Shown piece by piece: positions 1-9,789 of a stretch of 64,000 nt of DNA; the stretch's first letter is position 1, and every line of letters begins with the position of its first letter. A model generated the notes under the pieces. The model made no database searches and was not told where the DNA came from. It saw only the letters and a list, made by a program, of their open reading frames with translations. Source of the DNA: Candidatus Brocadiia bacterium (lineage in GTDB: Bacteria > Planctomycetota > Brocadiia > SM23-32); assembly GCA_046538485.1 (NCBI GenBank), contig JBKHIT010000005.1:95039-159038 (forward strand), given 5' to 3'. Both the position numbers and the translations under genes were made by a program.

Positions 1-714
1 GAACGTCCCGCGCGAGCCGCTGAACTTGGTTTTTCAGCTATTGAGTTCTGGGGAGCGGGTGATAAGGACCTGTCGAGATTGAAAAATATTTGTGATGAAT
101 CCGATGTTGAAGTGGCCGCATTTTTGGGACCTGCAGGCGTAAATTTTGTGGAAAAAGAGAAGCCGGAAGACGTTATCGACGCCATGAAAGATGCAGTAAA
201 AGCGGCCCGTGAACTGAATACTGACACTCTGATTGTCACGGTGGGCAATGAGCAGCCGGGCATATCAAAAGAGCAGCAGATGCGCAACATCATTGAGAAC
301 TTGGAACTTTGCGCTCCGATAGCGGAAAAAGCGGGTCTGAAGCTGGCTATCGAGGCTCTGAATACGCTTGTGGATCACCAGGGCTATTTTCTCGATCGGA
401 CAATTGACGGCGTGACACTTGTGGAAGAAGTGGGCTCGCCTGCCGTCGGTTTACTATACGATATCTATCATATGCAGATTATGGAAGGCAATCTGATCGA
501 GACGATTCGACGGAATGTCTCCGATTTTAATCATGTTCATGTTGCTGACGTTCCCGGGCGCCACGAACCCGGTACCGGCGAAATCAATTACAGGAATGTT
601 TTTCAGGCGCTGGACGAGGCAGGCTACACGGGATATTGTGGATTCGAATTCAAGCCTTTGGATAACTCCGATGACGCGTTGGCTTGTGCGCGAAAAGTAT
701 GCGGTCTGGGTTGA
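1..714 (+). CDS. Hydroxypyruvate isomerase (Hyi)-family / xylose isomerase-like TIM barrel, 5' truncated by the window edge
   Basis: Frame is open from base 1 (ERPARAAELGFSAIEFW). Motifs LAIEALN, LYDIYHMQIMEGN, HVHVADVPGRHEPGTGEINY and GFEFKP. Confidence 0.88.
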   Translation, partial: ERPARAAELGFSAIEFWGAGDKDLSRLKNICDESDVEVAAFLGPAGVNFVEKEKPEDVIDAMKDAVKAARELNTDTLIVTVGNEQPGISKEQQMRNIIENLELCAPIAEKAGLKLAIEALNTLVDHQGYFLDRTIDGVTLVEEVGSPAVGLLYDIYHMQIMEGNLIETIRRNVSDFNHVHVADVPGRHEPGTGEINYRNVFQALDEAGYTGYCGFEFKPLDNSDDALACARKVCGLG

Positions 715-745
715 TTTTTACTGTTTCTTTGGCCCGGTGGACGGA

Positions 746-1105
746 ATGTCATCCGAAGAGGAAGAAAAGCAACAACGATCGCGGATAAGCTGGATTAAAG
801 AATATGTCTTCGGCATGGTGCTGGGACCGTTGCTTGCGACTTATGGAGTGATTGCATTTTTGGTGGGACAGAGTTTTCTTCCCGCGTTACACGGGAATGG
901 GCATACTGTTGGTGGAAGCAGTGGCAAAGCACTCGCAGCTGGATATTTTCTCGGGGGAATTTACTTGTTTCTCAGGCTATATCTGCAGAAACGGCTGCGG
1001 GATGAAAGGACGGATTACGCCGTATATGCGCTCGAGAATGTAATTCTGGTGGGTTTTATTATGGCTTTGATTTATGTGCTGATGCACGTCGGAACTGTGC
1101 AATAA
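746..1105 (+). CDS. Small integral membrane protein (about 3 TM helices), unknown function
   Basis: ATG at 746 inside ORF 515..1105, after the upstream stop. Three hydrophobic segments. Confidence 0.6.
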   Translation: MSSEEEEKQQRSRISWIKEYVFGMVLGPLLATYGVIAFLVGQSFLPALHGNGHTVGGSSGKALAAGYFLGGIYLFLRLYLQKRLRDERTDYAVYALENVILVGFIMALIYVLMHVGTVQ

Positions 1106-1111
1106 GTGAAA

Positions 1112-1891
1112 CTATCGGTTTCTCAGAAGACGTTTCAGATAGTCTTCTATACGTTGATTCGGTGGGGCGTTTTCAGTGACTTCCTGTCGTACCGTTCCTG
1201 ACCATTCAGAGATAAGGCCCATGTAATTGAACCCTCTTTTGTAAAGGCGGATGCGTCCTTTCCCGTCGATTATAAAAAAGAAAGGGACTTCTTTTTTGAC
1301 GGATTCTCCGACGGCGCGCCCCATTTTTTTAAGCGCAGAGAAATCGTCGTAGTATGTAGTCAGTGCGATATCGTAACGACGAAAGAACCCGGGGGTTTTA
1401 CGGTAGTTTTTGGTTTTCTCACTGATTGTCAGTCCAGCGGCTCCTGCGCGACGATATTTTCTGACAAGGTTCTGAATATGTGCGCAGGCCACACGGTTCG
1501 CGCTGCTGTCGATGGACCAGAACAGGACAATTGTTACGTGGCCTCTGCGGGCGGGATCGATTTCTTTTTTTTCCCCCGTGAGGTTTTCCACTTTCAGCTT
1601 TGGGGCATTTGGGGCATTCTCCGCCTTAATAAAATGGGGCTGGATAGACGGATCGTCGGGGCTATTCGGCGCCATAGTATCCCAGGTATTTGTTTTAGTT
1701 TTTTCCTGTTGGTCTGTGTCCGTATCGGCTGGGTCGGATACTAAAACCACATCTTGCGGTGATCGGCATCCGCCGACGTTCAAGGCAAGAATAATTATCA
1801 GGATCAGGCTCCACCATGCGAACTGTCCAAAGGGTTGACCCTTCGTATCAGTTATTTCTACACAGTGGGCGAACGGTTTCCCAAATTTCAT
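1112..1891 (-). CDS. TlpA/redoxin-like thioredoxin-fold lipoprotein lacking CxxC
   Basis: Lipobox-like LALNVGG-C. APKLKVENLTG, TIVLFWS and VPFFFIIDGKGRIR are TlpA-like. Start codon uncertain. Confidence 0.65.
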   Translation of the reverse strand: MKFGKPFAHCVEITDTKGQPFGQFAWWSLILIIILALNVGGCRSPQDVVLVSDPADTDTDQQEKTKTNTWDTMAPNSPDDPSIQPHFIKAENAPNAPKLKVENLTGEKKEIDPARRGHVTIVLFWSIDSSANRVACAHIQNLVRKYRRAGAAGLTISEKTKNYRKTPGFFRRYDIALTTYYDDFSALKKMGRAVGESVKKEVPFFFIIDGKGRIRLYKRGFNYMGLISEWSGTVRQEVTENAPPNQRIEDYLKRLLRNR

Positions 1892-2537
1892 TGGCAATCT
1901 CCTCTTTGGAACGCGGCATCTCTCCGGCAGCTCCCGCAATTGTGATCCAGTTTGATTCCTGACGGGCCAGGCTCTGATAGACTTCGCGGGTGGACTCCAA
2001 GTGTTTCGTGTCGGATTCGTGAATGTCCTGACTGTCTTTCAGATATTCACGTTTACCTTTTGTTCCGATGAGTTTCGCGGCGATGTTAACCGGCATATCA
2101 AGCCAAAAATGCAGATCAGGACGGGGGAGACCAAAGATATTGTATTCCAGTTTCTGATCCCACTGGCAGAAAGCATTTCGCTCTGTTTCGTCTTCTATTT
2201 TGCTGCCCTGATGAGCGAGGTTGGCGCTGACATATCGATTGCAGACTACCGCATCGCCTCTTTGAAGCCATTCTGTCAATTGATCCCGACTCTCCCAGCG
2301 GTCGCAGGCAAACGGCAGGGAGGCCAGATAGGGGTTGACAGATCCTGCATCGCTGGCAAAATCGCCCCTTAGATAGCGGGCACAAAGATTTCCAAAAAAT
2401 CCTTCCTCGTAATGAGGGAATTCAACATAGCGAGCGGTGTGGCCGACCGAACGAATATTTTCGCAAAGATGTCGGCTTTGCACAGTTTTACCACTGCCGT
2501 CTATTCCGCAGATAACAAGTAGAAGCCCCTTTTTCAT
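1848..2537 (-). CDS. tmk: Thymidylate (dTMP) kinase
   Basis: P-loop GIDGSGKT, EFPHY, FACDRW, VVCNRYVSANLAHQG, LPRPDL..LD. Confidence 0.9.
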   Translation of the reverse strand: MKKGLLLVICGIDGSGKTVQSRHLCENIRSVGHTARYVEFPHYEEGFFGNLCARYLRGDFASDAGSVNPYLASLPFACDRWESRDQLTEWLQRGDAVVCNRYVSANLAHQGSKIEDETERNAFCQWDQKLEYNIFGLPRPDLHFWLDMPVNIAAKLIGTKGKREYLKDSQDIHESDTKHLESTREVYQSLARQESNWITIAGAAGEMPRSKEEIANEIWETVRPLCRNN

Positions 2538-2578
2538 GGCGGAAGTGATTTCGGCCCTCCTCGGTAATCTTTGGAGTG

Positions 2579-3862
2579 TTAAATGTCGAAAATCTCAAGG
2601 GCATTTTCTCTCAAGAGGCGGCGGGCCAGGCCCACTGCTTCTTCCTCTGTACCTCGGTCCTTACCCACGAAATCCTCGGCCAGCACTTTTGCAAGGGAGC
2701 GACGGTACATGTTGAATTTAGGTAGTCCAAATTCCAGTTTATACATGTCGCTATAATAACCGATTAATTTAGTTTTCGGCACGCTCTGGAGTCTGGCTTT
2801 AAGATCCTGTTCGATGTAAGCAGGAATAGTATCGTACCACCAGTGGCCGCTCACAACGACGTTTTGGACGATCCAGCCGTAGCTGGCCAGTTCTTGAGCC
2901 TGGCTATCGCTCAGGACGGATACGCAGAACGTAAGGTCGGAACATTCGTTGAACAGAGGTAACAATGAATGAAGCGTATCGCCGGCTCTGGGTAGATCTT
3001 TTCCTTTTAGCACGCCGTGACGATATGCGTTACGAACTGCCCCGGCCATTAACTGAAAAGGCATGCCTTTTTCTTCACAAAGTTCTGCGAGATCAAAGAG
3101 GATGCCACACTGGAGCGTGGCTGTCTCCGAAGCGCTCAGCGGTTTTCCCTGAGCAGCTTTCCCCACCGCCGTGTCCATGTCGCTTTCTACGACGGGGTAC
3201 ACTTCGAACAGGGGGGGAAGTGAGAGTGCAACACTGGCCGCTCCATTTTTTCTGAAACGGTCCACTATAGATTCCAGGGCCTGGCGCAGGCTGGCGGAAT
3301 CCCCGATATCCGTGTCGCTGATTTTACACAGAGACTCTCGCACTTCAGCGTTTCGGAACTCGAACACCAGAGTGTCCGCCCGTAGCGATGGCACAAACAT
3401 ATCCTGATCGATACGATTCAGATCGTCGTCGAACTGGTTTGTCAGAAAGACTTTTTCAATTGAGGACGCATCAAGGATCTCTCGTGCCCGTCCAGGCTCT
3501 TTGGTGGCATTTTCTACAGATTCCGCGAGTCCCTTCCAGTTGTCATGGGTGAGTTTTTGATCCTGAAAACCGAACAGCTCGCGACTCAGCTCGATCATCC
3601 AGCTGTATTGCACGGTGTTGTCGAGGGGTTCCAGGGCCTGGACAAGTGAGGACAGCATTTTCTCGTCGGGATTATCTTCAGCGATAACATCCTTTTGCAT
3701 GCCGGCACTGTGGGCGAGTTCGGTGAAGTAATGGTATCCGAGCAGTTCCCGGAGGGAGGCGGCATACGGAGCCTCAAAAGGGACGTGTGAGTGCACGTCT
3801 ATGACCGGGATCGACATAATTTCGTCCAGGAGTCGTTTCTCGAGTTTATTTTCGGAATCCAT
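2579..3862 (-). CDS. Amidohydrolase superfamily protein, uronate isomerase (UxaC)-like
   Basis: IDVHSH metal motif, LLGYHYFTELAHSAG, SGHWWY, GYYSDMYKLEF. Confidence 0.75.
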   Translation of the reverse strand: MDSENKLEKRLLDEIMSIPVIDVHSHVPFEAPYAASLRELLGYHYFTELAHSAGMQKDVIAEDNPDEKMLSSLVQALEPLDNTVQYSWMIELSRELFGFQDQKLTHDNWKGLAESVENATKEPGRAREILDASSIEKVFLTNQFDDDLNRIDQDMFVPSLRADTLVFEFRNAEVRESLCKISDTDIGDSASLRQALESIVDRFRKNGAASVALSLPPLFEVYPVVESDMDTAVGKAAQGKPLSASETATLQCGILFDLAELCEEKGMPFQLMAGAVRNAYRHGVLKGKDLPRAGDTLHSLLPLFNECSDLTFCVSVLSDSQAQELASYGWIVQNVVVSGHWWYDTIPAYIEQDLKARLQSVPKTKLIGYYSDMYKLEFGLPKFNMYRRSLAKVLAEDFVGKDRGTEEEAVGLARRLLRENALEIFDI

Positions 3863-4010
3863 TGTATTTCCTCTTTTGCGGTGTCGAGCGTCGCCCGATT
3901 TTTACTGTTTTCGAGTAGAAAGTTTGCTATTTTACATCAATCTGATAAGGAAAATAGCATTGTATGCCGCTGCCCGGCGATTGGTCAAACGTGTGTTCTA
4001 GCCTGCATCG

Positions 4011-5384
4011 TCAGTTATTCAAAGATTGCAGAGGTGCCGGGATTCTTCCGCCTCTGTTCACAAATGTTTCAGCCGAACCGGCTGCGCGGATGGATATCGC
4101 AACGCTTTCGCCGAAAAGCCCACCAAAATGAGCAATTTCTCCGGCTTTCTTGCCCGGCACGGGAATCACCCGTACACTTGTGGTTTTGCGGTTAATGACG
4201 CCGATTGCCGCCTCATCGGCCACGAGGGCGGCTATGGTGGATGCCGAAGTATCGCCCGGCAACACGACCATGTCCAGGCCTACCGAACAAACGCTGCTCA
4301 TCGCTTCAAGTTTTTCCAATGATAGATCACCGTTGCGAGCGGCTTCGGCCAGGGATTTGTCTTCGCTCACCGGGATGAACGCGCCGCTGAGTCCTCCCAC
4401 GGAAGATGAGGCAAAGAGACCACCTTTTTTGACCGCATCGTTCAGCAGGGCAATGGCGGCGGTGGAGCCAGGAGATCCAATTTTTTCGATTCCCATCGCG
4501 TGGAGTATTTCCCCGACACTGTCCCCAACACGCGGAGTAGGAGCCAGAGAAAGATCGACGATCCCAAAATCGGCACCAACCCGATCCGCAACTTCACGCC
4601 CAATCAGTTCACCAACACGTGTGACTCGGAACGAGGTCTTTTTGATTTGTTCGGCGACCTCTCCCAAATTAGGGCGGTTTTGGTCTGAGCAGAGCCGCTC
4701 GACGGATCGTTTTACGACCCCGGGTCCGCTGACACCGATATTGACCACGCAATCCGGTTCTCCATGTCCCAGAACAGCTCCTGCCATGAAAGGATTATCG
4801 TCCGGTATATTTGCGAAAATGCTCAGTTTGGCTGCCCCAAAACCATCGCGTTCCGAAGTGGCCTGAGCCAGTTTTAGAACCTGTTCTGCCGCGAGACGGG
4901 CAGCGTCCATATTGATTCCGGCGGCGGTGCTCGCCACATTGACCGATGAACATACCCGGTCGGTTTGACTGAGTGCAACCGGGATGGCCCGGATCAGCGC
5001 TTCTTCCGGAGGTGTCATGCCTTTCTGGACAAGGGCACTGAACCCCCCTACCAGATCGACACCAACTTCCTCGGCAGCGCTGTCAAGCGCGTGTGCGATA
5101 TCGACAAAAGCTGTCTCGCTCCCGCCGGCCGAGATGGCACTGATGGGTGTCACGGCGAGGCGTTTGTTGACCACGGGGATGCCGTATTTGTTCCCGATTT
5201 CTTCGCATATCCGGACCAGTTTGCCCGCTCGGGAACGTATCTTGAAATCAATTTTTCTGCACAGTTTTTTGATATCCGGGTCGGCACAGTCAAGCAAATT
5301 GATCCCGAGGGTTACTGTGCGCACGTCCAGATTTTCCTCCTGAAACATGCGCAGGGTTGTCATGATGTCTTCAGTTCTGAGCAT
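4011..5384 (-). CDS. PFL-like family protein (UPF0210/DUF711)
   Basis: ENLDVRTVTLGINLLDC, DDNPFMAGA, GVSGPGVV, GGLSGAFIPVSED, LEAMSSVCSVGLDM, GRIPAPLQS. Start taken at MLRTEDI. Confidence 0.9.
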   Translation of the reverse strand: MLRTEDIMTTLRMFQEENLDVRTVTLGINLLDCADPDIKKLCRKIDFKIRSRAGKLVRICEEIGNKYGIPVVNKRLAVTPISAISAGGSETAFVDIAHALDSAAEEVGVDLVGGFSALVQKGMTPPEEALIRAIPVALSQTDRVCSSVNVASTAAGINMDAARLAAEQVLKLAQATSERDGFGAAKLSIFANIPDDNPFMAGAVLGHGEPDCVVNIGVSGPGVVKRSVERLCSDQNRPNLGEVAEQIKKTSFRVTRVGELIGREVADRVGADFGIVDLSLAPTPRVGDSVGEILHAMGIEKIGSPGSTAAIALLNDAVKKGGLFASSSVGGLSGAFIPVSEDKSLAEAARNGDLSLEKLEAMSSVCSVGLDMVVLPGDTSASTIAALVADEAAIGVINRKTTSVRVIPVPGKKAGEIAHFGGLFGESVAISIRAAGSAETFVNRGGRIPAPLQSLNN

Positions 5385-5386
5385 CT

Positions 5387-5971
5387 TTATATCCTGGTGG
5401 AGGAAGCCGGTGTAGCCTGACAAAAATCGACGTGGCTTGTGGCCAGGAATACATTTTCGTGCTGCAGGCTAACTTCGACCTCGTCGCCTGACCACAGATC
5501 CTGTACGTCCATTTGTAGCCTTTCAATTTCGCGTCCGGGCGGCACCTCGATTTGTGCAATCAGGAGAAAATCATCGGTTTTTACCACGGCATAAAGGTCC
5601 TCGATGTTGATCCCCCGGCTGGCCATATATGACGTGATTCGATGAATAATACCTTTTTGATCGGGTCCGGTAATAGTAATGATTAATCTCTGGGCTTCTT
5701 CTACCATTGGTCGATCCGCCACAGGCACCTGTTCTTTCACAAGAACTCCGAGCTCACCGGGTTGTCCCTTGCCACGGATTTCTTCAGCTACGCGCTCGCC
5801 CTCAATATCATCTTCGAAACTGGCGGCCACAATGATCGTGAAATATCCTTTTACAACAGTCTGACTGAGGGCATCAATGTTTCCTTCGAGGTCCAGAATT
5901 GCTTCCGAGAGGTCGGAGATGATGCCCACACGATCGACTGACATTACGGTAATGACGAAATTACTTGGCAT
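5387..5971 (-). CDS. Tandem ACT-domain protein (GcvR-like), partner of the UPF0210 gene
   Basis: Two ACT repeats: VITVMSVDRVGII..GNIDALSQ and IITITGPDQKGII..INIEDL. Confidence 0.85.
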   Translation of the reverse strand: MPSNFVITVMSVDRVGIISDLSEAILDLEGNIDALSQTVVKGYFTIIVAASFEDDIEGERVAEEIRGKGQPGELGVLVKEQVPVADRPMVEEAQRLIITITGPDQKGIIHRITSYMASRGINIEDLYAVVKTDDFLLIAQIEVPPGREIERLQMDVQDLWSGDEVEVSLQHENVFLATSHVDFCQATPASSTRI

Positions 5972-6018
5972 GAACATCTCCTCTCGGCTTTGGGCGGGGG
6001 AATCAGAGGGCTATCGGT

Positions 6019-7062
6019 TTATTCTCGCGTATCGAGTTCGGGACGGGGCTCCCTCTGCATTAACTCCATCCCAGCTTCTCTCGGCTCTTTCCCCTCGAAC
6101 AACAGGGAATAGACCTGACGTGTTACGGGCATTTCAATGTTATGCTGGTTTGCGAGATCGCACGCGGAACGTGTGGTTCGCACGCCTTCAGCCACTTTTT
6201 CCATATCTGAAAGTATCTCATCCAGCGTCTCGCCTTGACCGAGTCTGATGCCGACCGACCGGTTTCGGCCGTGGGGGCTGATGCAGGTGGTGATAAGATC
6301 CCCCAGACCCGTCAGACCCGCAAATGTCTCCGGGTGCCCTCCCAGCGCCACGCCGAGGCGTCTGATTTCCGCCAGCCCGCGCGTCAAAAGAGCACTTTTA
6401 GCATTGTCTCCGAAATTCAGTCCATCGCAAACGCCCGCCGCGATGGCGATAACGTTTTTTAATGCGGCACCGAGTTCCACGCCGATGAGATCCGTATTGG
6501 TGTAGACGCGAAACGTGGCGCACATGAAATTGTCCTGCACCTTTTCGGCGAGTTCTTTCTGCCGGCTGGTAGCAACGACCGTGGTTGGCATTCGCTGAGC
6601 GACTTCTTCTGCATGGCTGGGACCATAGAGCCCGGCCAATTTTATGTTTTCACCGCACACGTCTTCAATGATCTTGCTGCCCGTCAGTAGAGTCTCTTCT
6701 TCAATGCCTTTGGCAACGTTGACCACCAGCTGTTTTTTATGGACCCAGCGGGCCAGCAGTTGGCAGACGTCTCTCATGTAAATCGTGGGCGTTGCCATGA
6801 CCACGATATCCGCTTCTGGAACGCAATCGGCCATATCGCCGGTCAATTCTATGGACTCACTGATGGCGACATCGGACAGGTAACGGGGATTTTGACGCGT
6901 CCGGGACATTTCCTCAACGTATTCTGGTTCCACGCCCCAGATAGTTACCTTATGTCCAATTCCATCAAGCAAAAGGGCAAGGGCTGTTCCCCAACCACCG
7001 CAACCGATGACCGCGACATTCTGGCAGGTTTCATCTGCTGTTTTTTTCGCTTGTTCAGACAT
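6019..7062 (-). CDS. gpsA: NAD(P)H-dependent glycerol-3-phosphate dehydrogenase
   Basis: GCGGWGTALA, GPSHAEEV, GVELGAALKNVIAIAAG, GLTGLGDLITTC.S.HGRNR. Confidence 0.96.
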   Translation of the reverse strand: MSEQAKKTADETCQNVAVIGCGGWGTALALLLDGIGHKVTIWGVEPEYVEEMSRTRQNPRYLSDVAISESIELTGDMADCVPEADIVVMATPTIYMRDVCQLLARWVHKKQLVVNVAKGIEEETLLTGSKIIEDVCGENIKLAGLYGPSHAEEVAQRMPTTVVATSRQKELAEKVQDNFMCATFRVYTNTDLIGVELGAALKNVIAIAAGVCDGLNFGDNAKSALLTRGLAEIRRLGVALGGHPETFAGLTGLGDLITTCISPHGRNRSVGIRLGQGETLDEILSDMEKVAEGVRTTRSACDLANQHNIEMPVTRQVYSLLFEGKEPREAGMELMQREPRPELDTRE

Positions 7063-7176
7063 AGTTCTCCGGGCGTTGATCGAGAGACAATCTTCCCTTC
7101 GGCATTATAGACAATCGCCTGAGAAATACAATGGGGAAGACCATCAATGGAAATCTTCCGAATTCAGCCAGTTTTT

Positions 7177-8214
7177 TCAATAATTGTGATCCGCACGGCC
7201 AAAGAGAGTTGGTTTGCCCCAGTATTCTCCACCGGATCCAACCCACCGGGCAGCCGCTTTTATAATTTCACCTGGTTCGTCGCGGTATTCTCCCAATAAG
7301 TTGCGTGCCTTTTTGTCAGTGCTTATCAGCGCTTCATCCCCGGCATCGTCTGCGAACACGGGCTCACGGTCAAGGTGTTTTCCGAGGTGCCTGGCGATAT
7401 CTTCCACTTCCATGATCGGGCCCGAGCAGTTGAGAATTTCCGCGGGGTTGGCAGCATACTTCAGCCCTCTGAGGGCGACATCAATGGCGTCCCGTTGGGA
7501 AATAAGGTTAACACAGGGCATTTGGAGTGAGATGGGTTCTCCCTGCTGAATCATCCGCGCAAGATCCACCACAACTCCATATCCGAGATGCTGGGCATAG
7601 GCAAGCCGGAAGAACAGTATTTTTTGTGCTGATGCGCTGAGTTGAGTCGTCCGGAAAGCGCTCTCGCGCGCGATGATTCCCCAGCCGTAGACCCCTTTTG
7701 GATCGAGATCATCGTCTTCGCTGCATCCCCGCGAGTCGACAGGTACGTGGGGATAGGGGTTGGTGGAAGAAAAGGCGACCAGGCGAGAATTTGGGAACCG
7801 GCGGCCCACAAGATAGGGAAGAATGGCGTTCAGGTGCCACGCCTGGCGATAATTGTCGGAAGAACCGAACTTGAACCCGACCATGTAGACCAAGTTTGGG
7901 ACCTCGGGAAGCGAACGGAGGAAATCTTCATCGGTGAGATCTCCTTTTAATATCTGAGCACCGACCTCCTGCAAACGGGTTACGTCCTCCCCCGAAGGGT
8001 CCGAGAAGCGGGAGACAGCAAAAACGGTTCTTTCTGTTCCGCTGGCTTGATCGGCCCGGCGCCAGGTTTCGATAAGATCCGGTCCCATTTTCCCACCTGC
8101 ACCGAGAACCATAAGGTCGCCGTCAAGCTCTTCAGTGAAATTTACCAGTCCGGAGGTCGGTTCTGTCATACACAGACGCAGGTCTTCGGCATTTTTAATG
8201 TCTTCCAGTTGCAT
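7177..8214 (-). CDS. NAD-dependent epimerase/dehydratase family protein
   Basis: VLGAGGKMGP Rossmann motif, YMVGFKFG, RLAYA, YWGKPTLF. RBS AAAGGA lies before MQLEDI. Confidence 0.85.
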   Translation of the reverse strand: MQLEDIKNAEDLRLCMTEPTSGLVNFTEELDGDLMVLGAGGKMGPDLIETWRRADQASGTERTVFAVSRFSDPSGEDVTRLQEVGAQILKGDLTDEDFLRSLPEVPNLVYMVGFKFGSSDNYRQAWHLNAILPYLVGRRFPNSRLVAFSSTNPYPHVPVDSRGCSEDDDLDPKGVYGWGIIARESAFRTTQLSASAQKILFFRLAYAQHLGYGVVVDLARMIQQGEPISLQMPCVNLISQRDAIDVALRGLKYAANPAEILNCSGPIMEVEDIARHLGKHLDREPVFADDAGDEALISTDKKARNLLGEYRDEPGEIIKAAARWVGSGGEYWGKPTLFGRADHNY

Positions 8215-8311
8215 TCCGAACATTCCTTTCGATTGTGACGCGCTTTGCTGATCCGCCGGAGTCCACCGAATAGCCATCTCGATTCGATGTTTGTCTCAGA
8301 CGCTAAAAGCA

Positions 8312-9715
8312 TCATTCATAACCGGTTTCTGCCCCTCCACGACGGTAAAGCCCCGAAAGAGGCGGGGCCTGTCGGTTATCACCTGTGTGTTTGATTTCGT
8401 AGGGCATCGGGCCGAGAGTGTCTTCGAGATAGTCCGTGAACTCTTCTACGACCTCTGGGTTTTCCTCGTATACATTCTGTGTTTCTTCAGGATCTGAGGT
8501 CAGGTCATAGAGTTCTTTTTTGTCGGGATTCTCCCCGGTTGAATCAATAATCATATTCCAGTGAAGATCTCTGACGCTGACGTTCCCGTACCAGGCCGTG
8601 ATGGTTTTGGCTGGTGCTTCGCTGGCTGGGGTGAGAAGATTTCGTCCCTCAAGCCCAAGAGCCGGATCCGGCTCAACGTCCATCAGGTGACAAATTGTGG
8701 GGAACAGATCCTGGTGTTGGGCAAGATCATCCCGTTCAGAACCGCCGTCTTTCCCGGCCGGCAGTCTGACAAGCAGGGGGACGCGGGTATTGTAATCGTA
8801 GAGCCTGTCTCCACCTTTCCCGAACCGCCCTTTATCCCATAATTCGGTGCCGTGGTCGCTGGTGAATATGACAGCCGTATCCTCGAGCATCCCCATCTGG
8901 GCTAGTTTGTCAAGAAAAACGCCGATCCATTTGTCGACAAAGCTGACGTATCCCCAGTAAAGCGCACGAGTTCTATTGATCTCATCCTCGTCAGGATCCA
9001 TGCCGTTGACGAGCTGAGGCTGGATGTAATTACGACTGTGGTCGGCGACATAGTATTGATCGGCGAACTCAAACGGGGGATCCCACCGTTCATGCGGAGC
9101 GAACGAATCGATCCAGAGGAACCAGGGACTGTTTTCTTTGTTTTCTTCCAGCCACCTGGTGGCCTGACGGAACAACCTTGCTGAGAGGTAGTCTTCCTCC
9201 GTCTGACGGTCAAGCATGTTGAGCAGGTATTGTGTGAGGGTCGGCCAGCAATCGAGATCGTTTTTGCCCTCTGGGTGGTACGGGGAGACGTCGACAGCCG
9301 AGAGCGGCCCGCTGCGGACGGGGTCACCTTCCTGTCCCCGTATGAATGACCAGGAGGAGAATCCGCGCGTAAAGTTTTGCGTCGGCTTGAACATATGATA
9401 CGTATCGCCCACCAGACCGGTAACAACACCCTGTTCAAGTAGAAATTCCGAAAGGGTGGTTTGCTCATCGGGAATTCGATGCCATCCCGGTATGGCCGGG
9501 GTCAATCCCCGTGAGCCCATCTCGAACCGCCAGGGGAAAGAACGGATTCCGGTGAAAAGGGTCCTCCGGGCCTGAATCGTTGGAAGCCCCTCGGCGAAGG
9601 CGTTCTTGAAGTTAATCCCCTCATCCTGCAGGCGGTTTAGGCTCGGGACCCGCACGACCGGGTGGTCGATCATATCAGCGCGAAATGTGTCACAACAGAT
9701 GACAACACAGTTCAT
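8312..9715 (-). CDS. Sulfatase-like hydrolase (alkaline phosphatase superfamily) with a Thr at the nucleophile position
   Basis: VVICCDTFRAD, PTIQARRTLFTG, DSFAPHE.WDPP, FTSDHG, ELYDL..DPEE..N. Confidence 0.85.
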   Translation of the reverse strand: MNCVVICCDTFRADMIDHPVVRVPSLNRLQDEGINFKNAFAEGLPTIQARRTLFTGIRSFPWRFEMGSRGLTPAIPGWHRIPDEQTTLSEFLLEQGVVTGLVGDTYHMFKPTQNFTRGFSSWSFIRGQEGDPVRSGPLSAVDVSPYHPEGKNDLDCWPTLTQYLLNMLDRQTEEDYLSARLFRQATRWLEENKENSPWFLWIDSFAPHERWDPPFEFADQYYVADHSRNYIQPQLVNGMDPDEDEINRTRALYWGYVSFVDKWIGVFLDKLAQMGMLEDTAVIFTSDHGTELWDKGRFGKGGDRLYDYNTRVPLLVRLPAGKDGGSERDDLAQHQDLFPTICHLMDVEPDPALGLEGRNLLTPASEAPAKTITAWYGNVSVRDLHWNMIIDSTGENPDKKELYDLTSDPEETQNVYEENPEVVEEFTDYLEDTLGPMPYEIKHTGDNRQAPPLSGLYRRGGAETGYE

Positions 9716-9789
9716 TTTGTCTTTCCTTATAAGCTGAAAAAGTTCAGATGGTAAATGTTTTGGATCCTATTGTGAGTGGAGAAATGATC

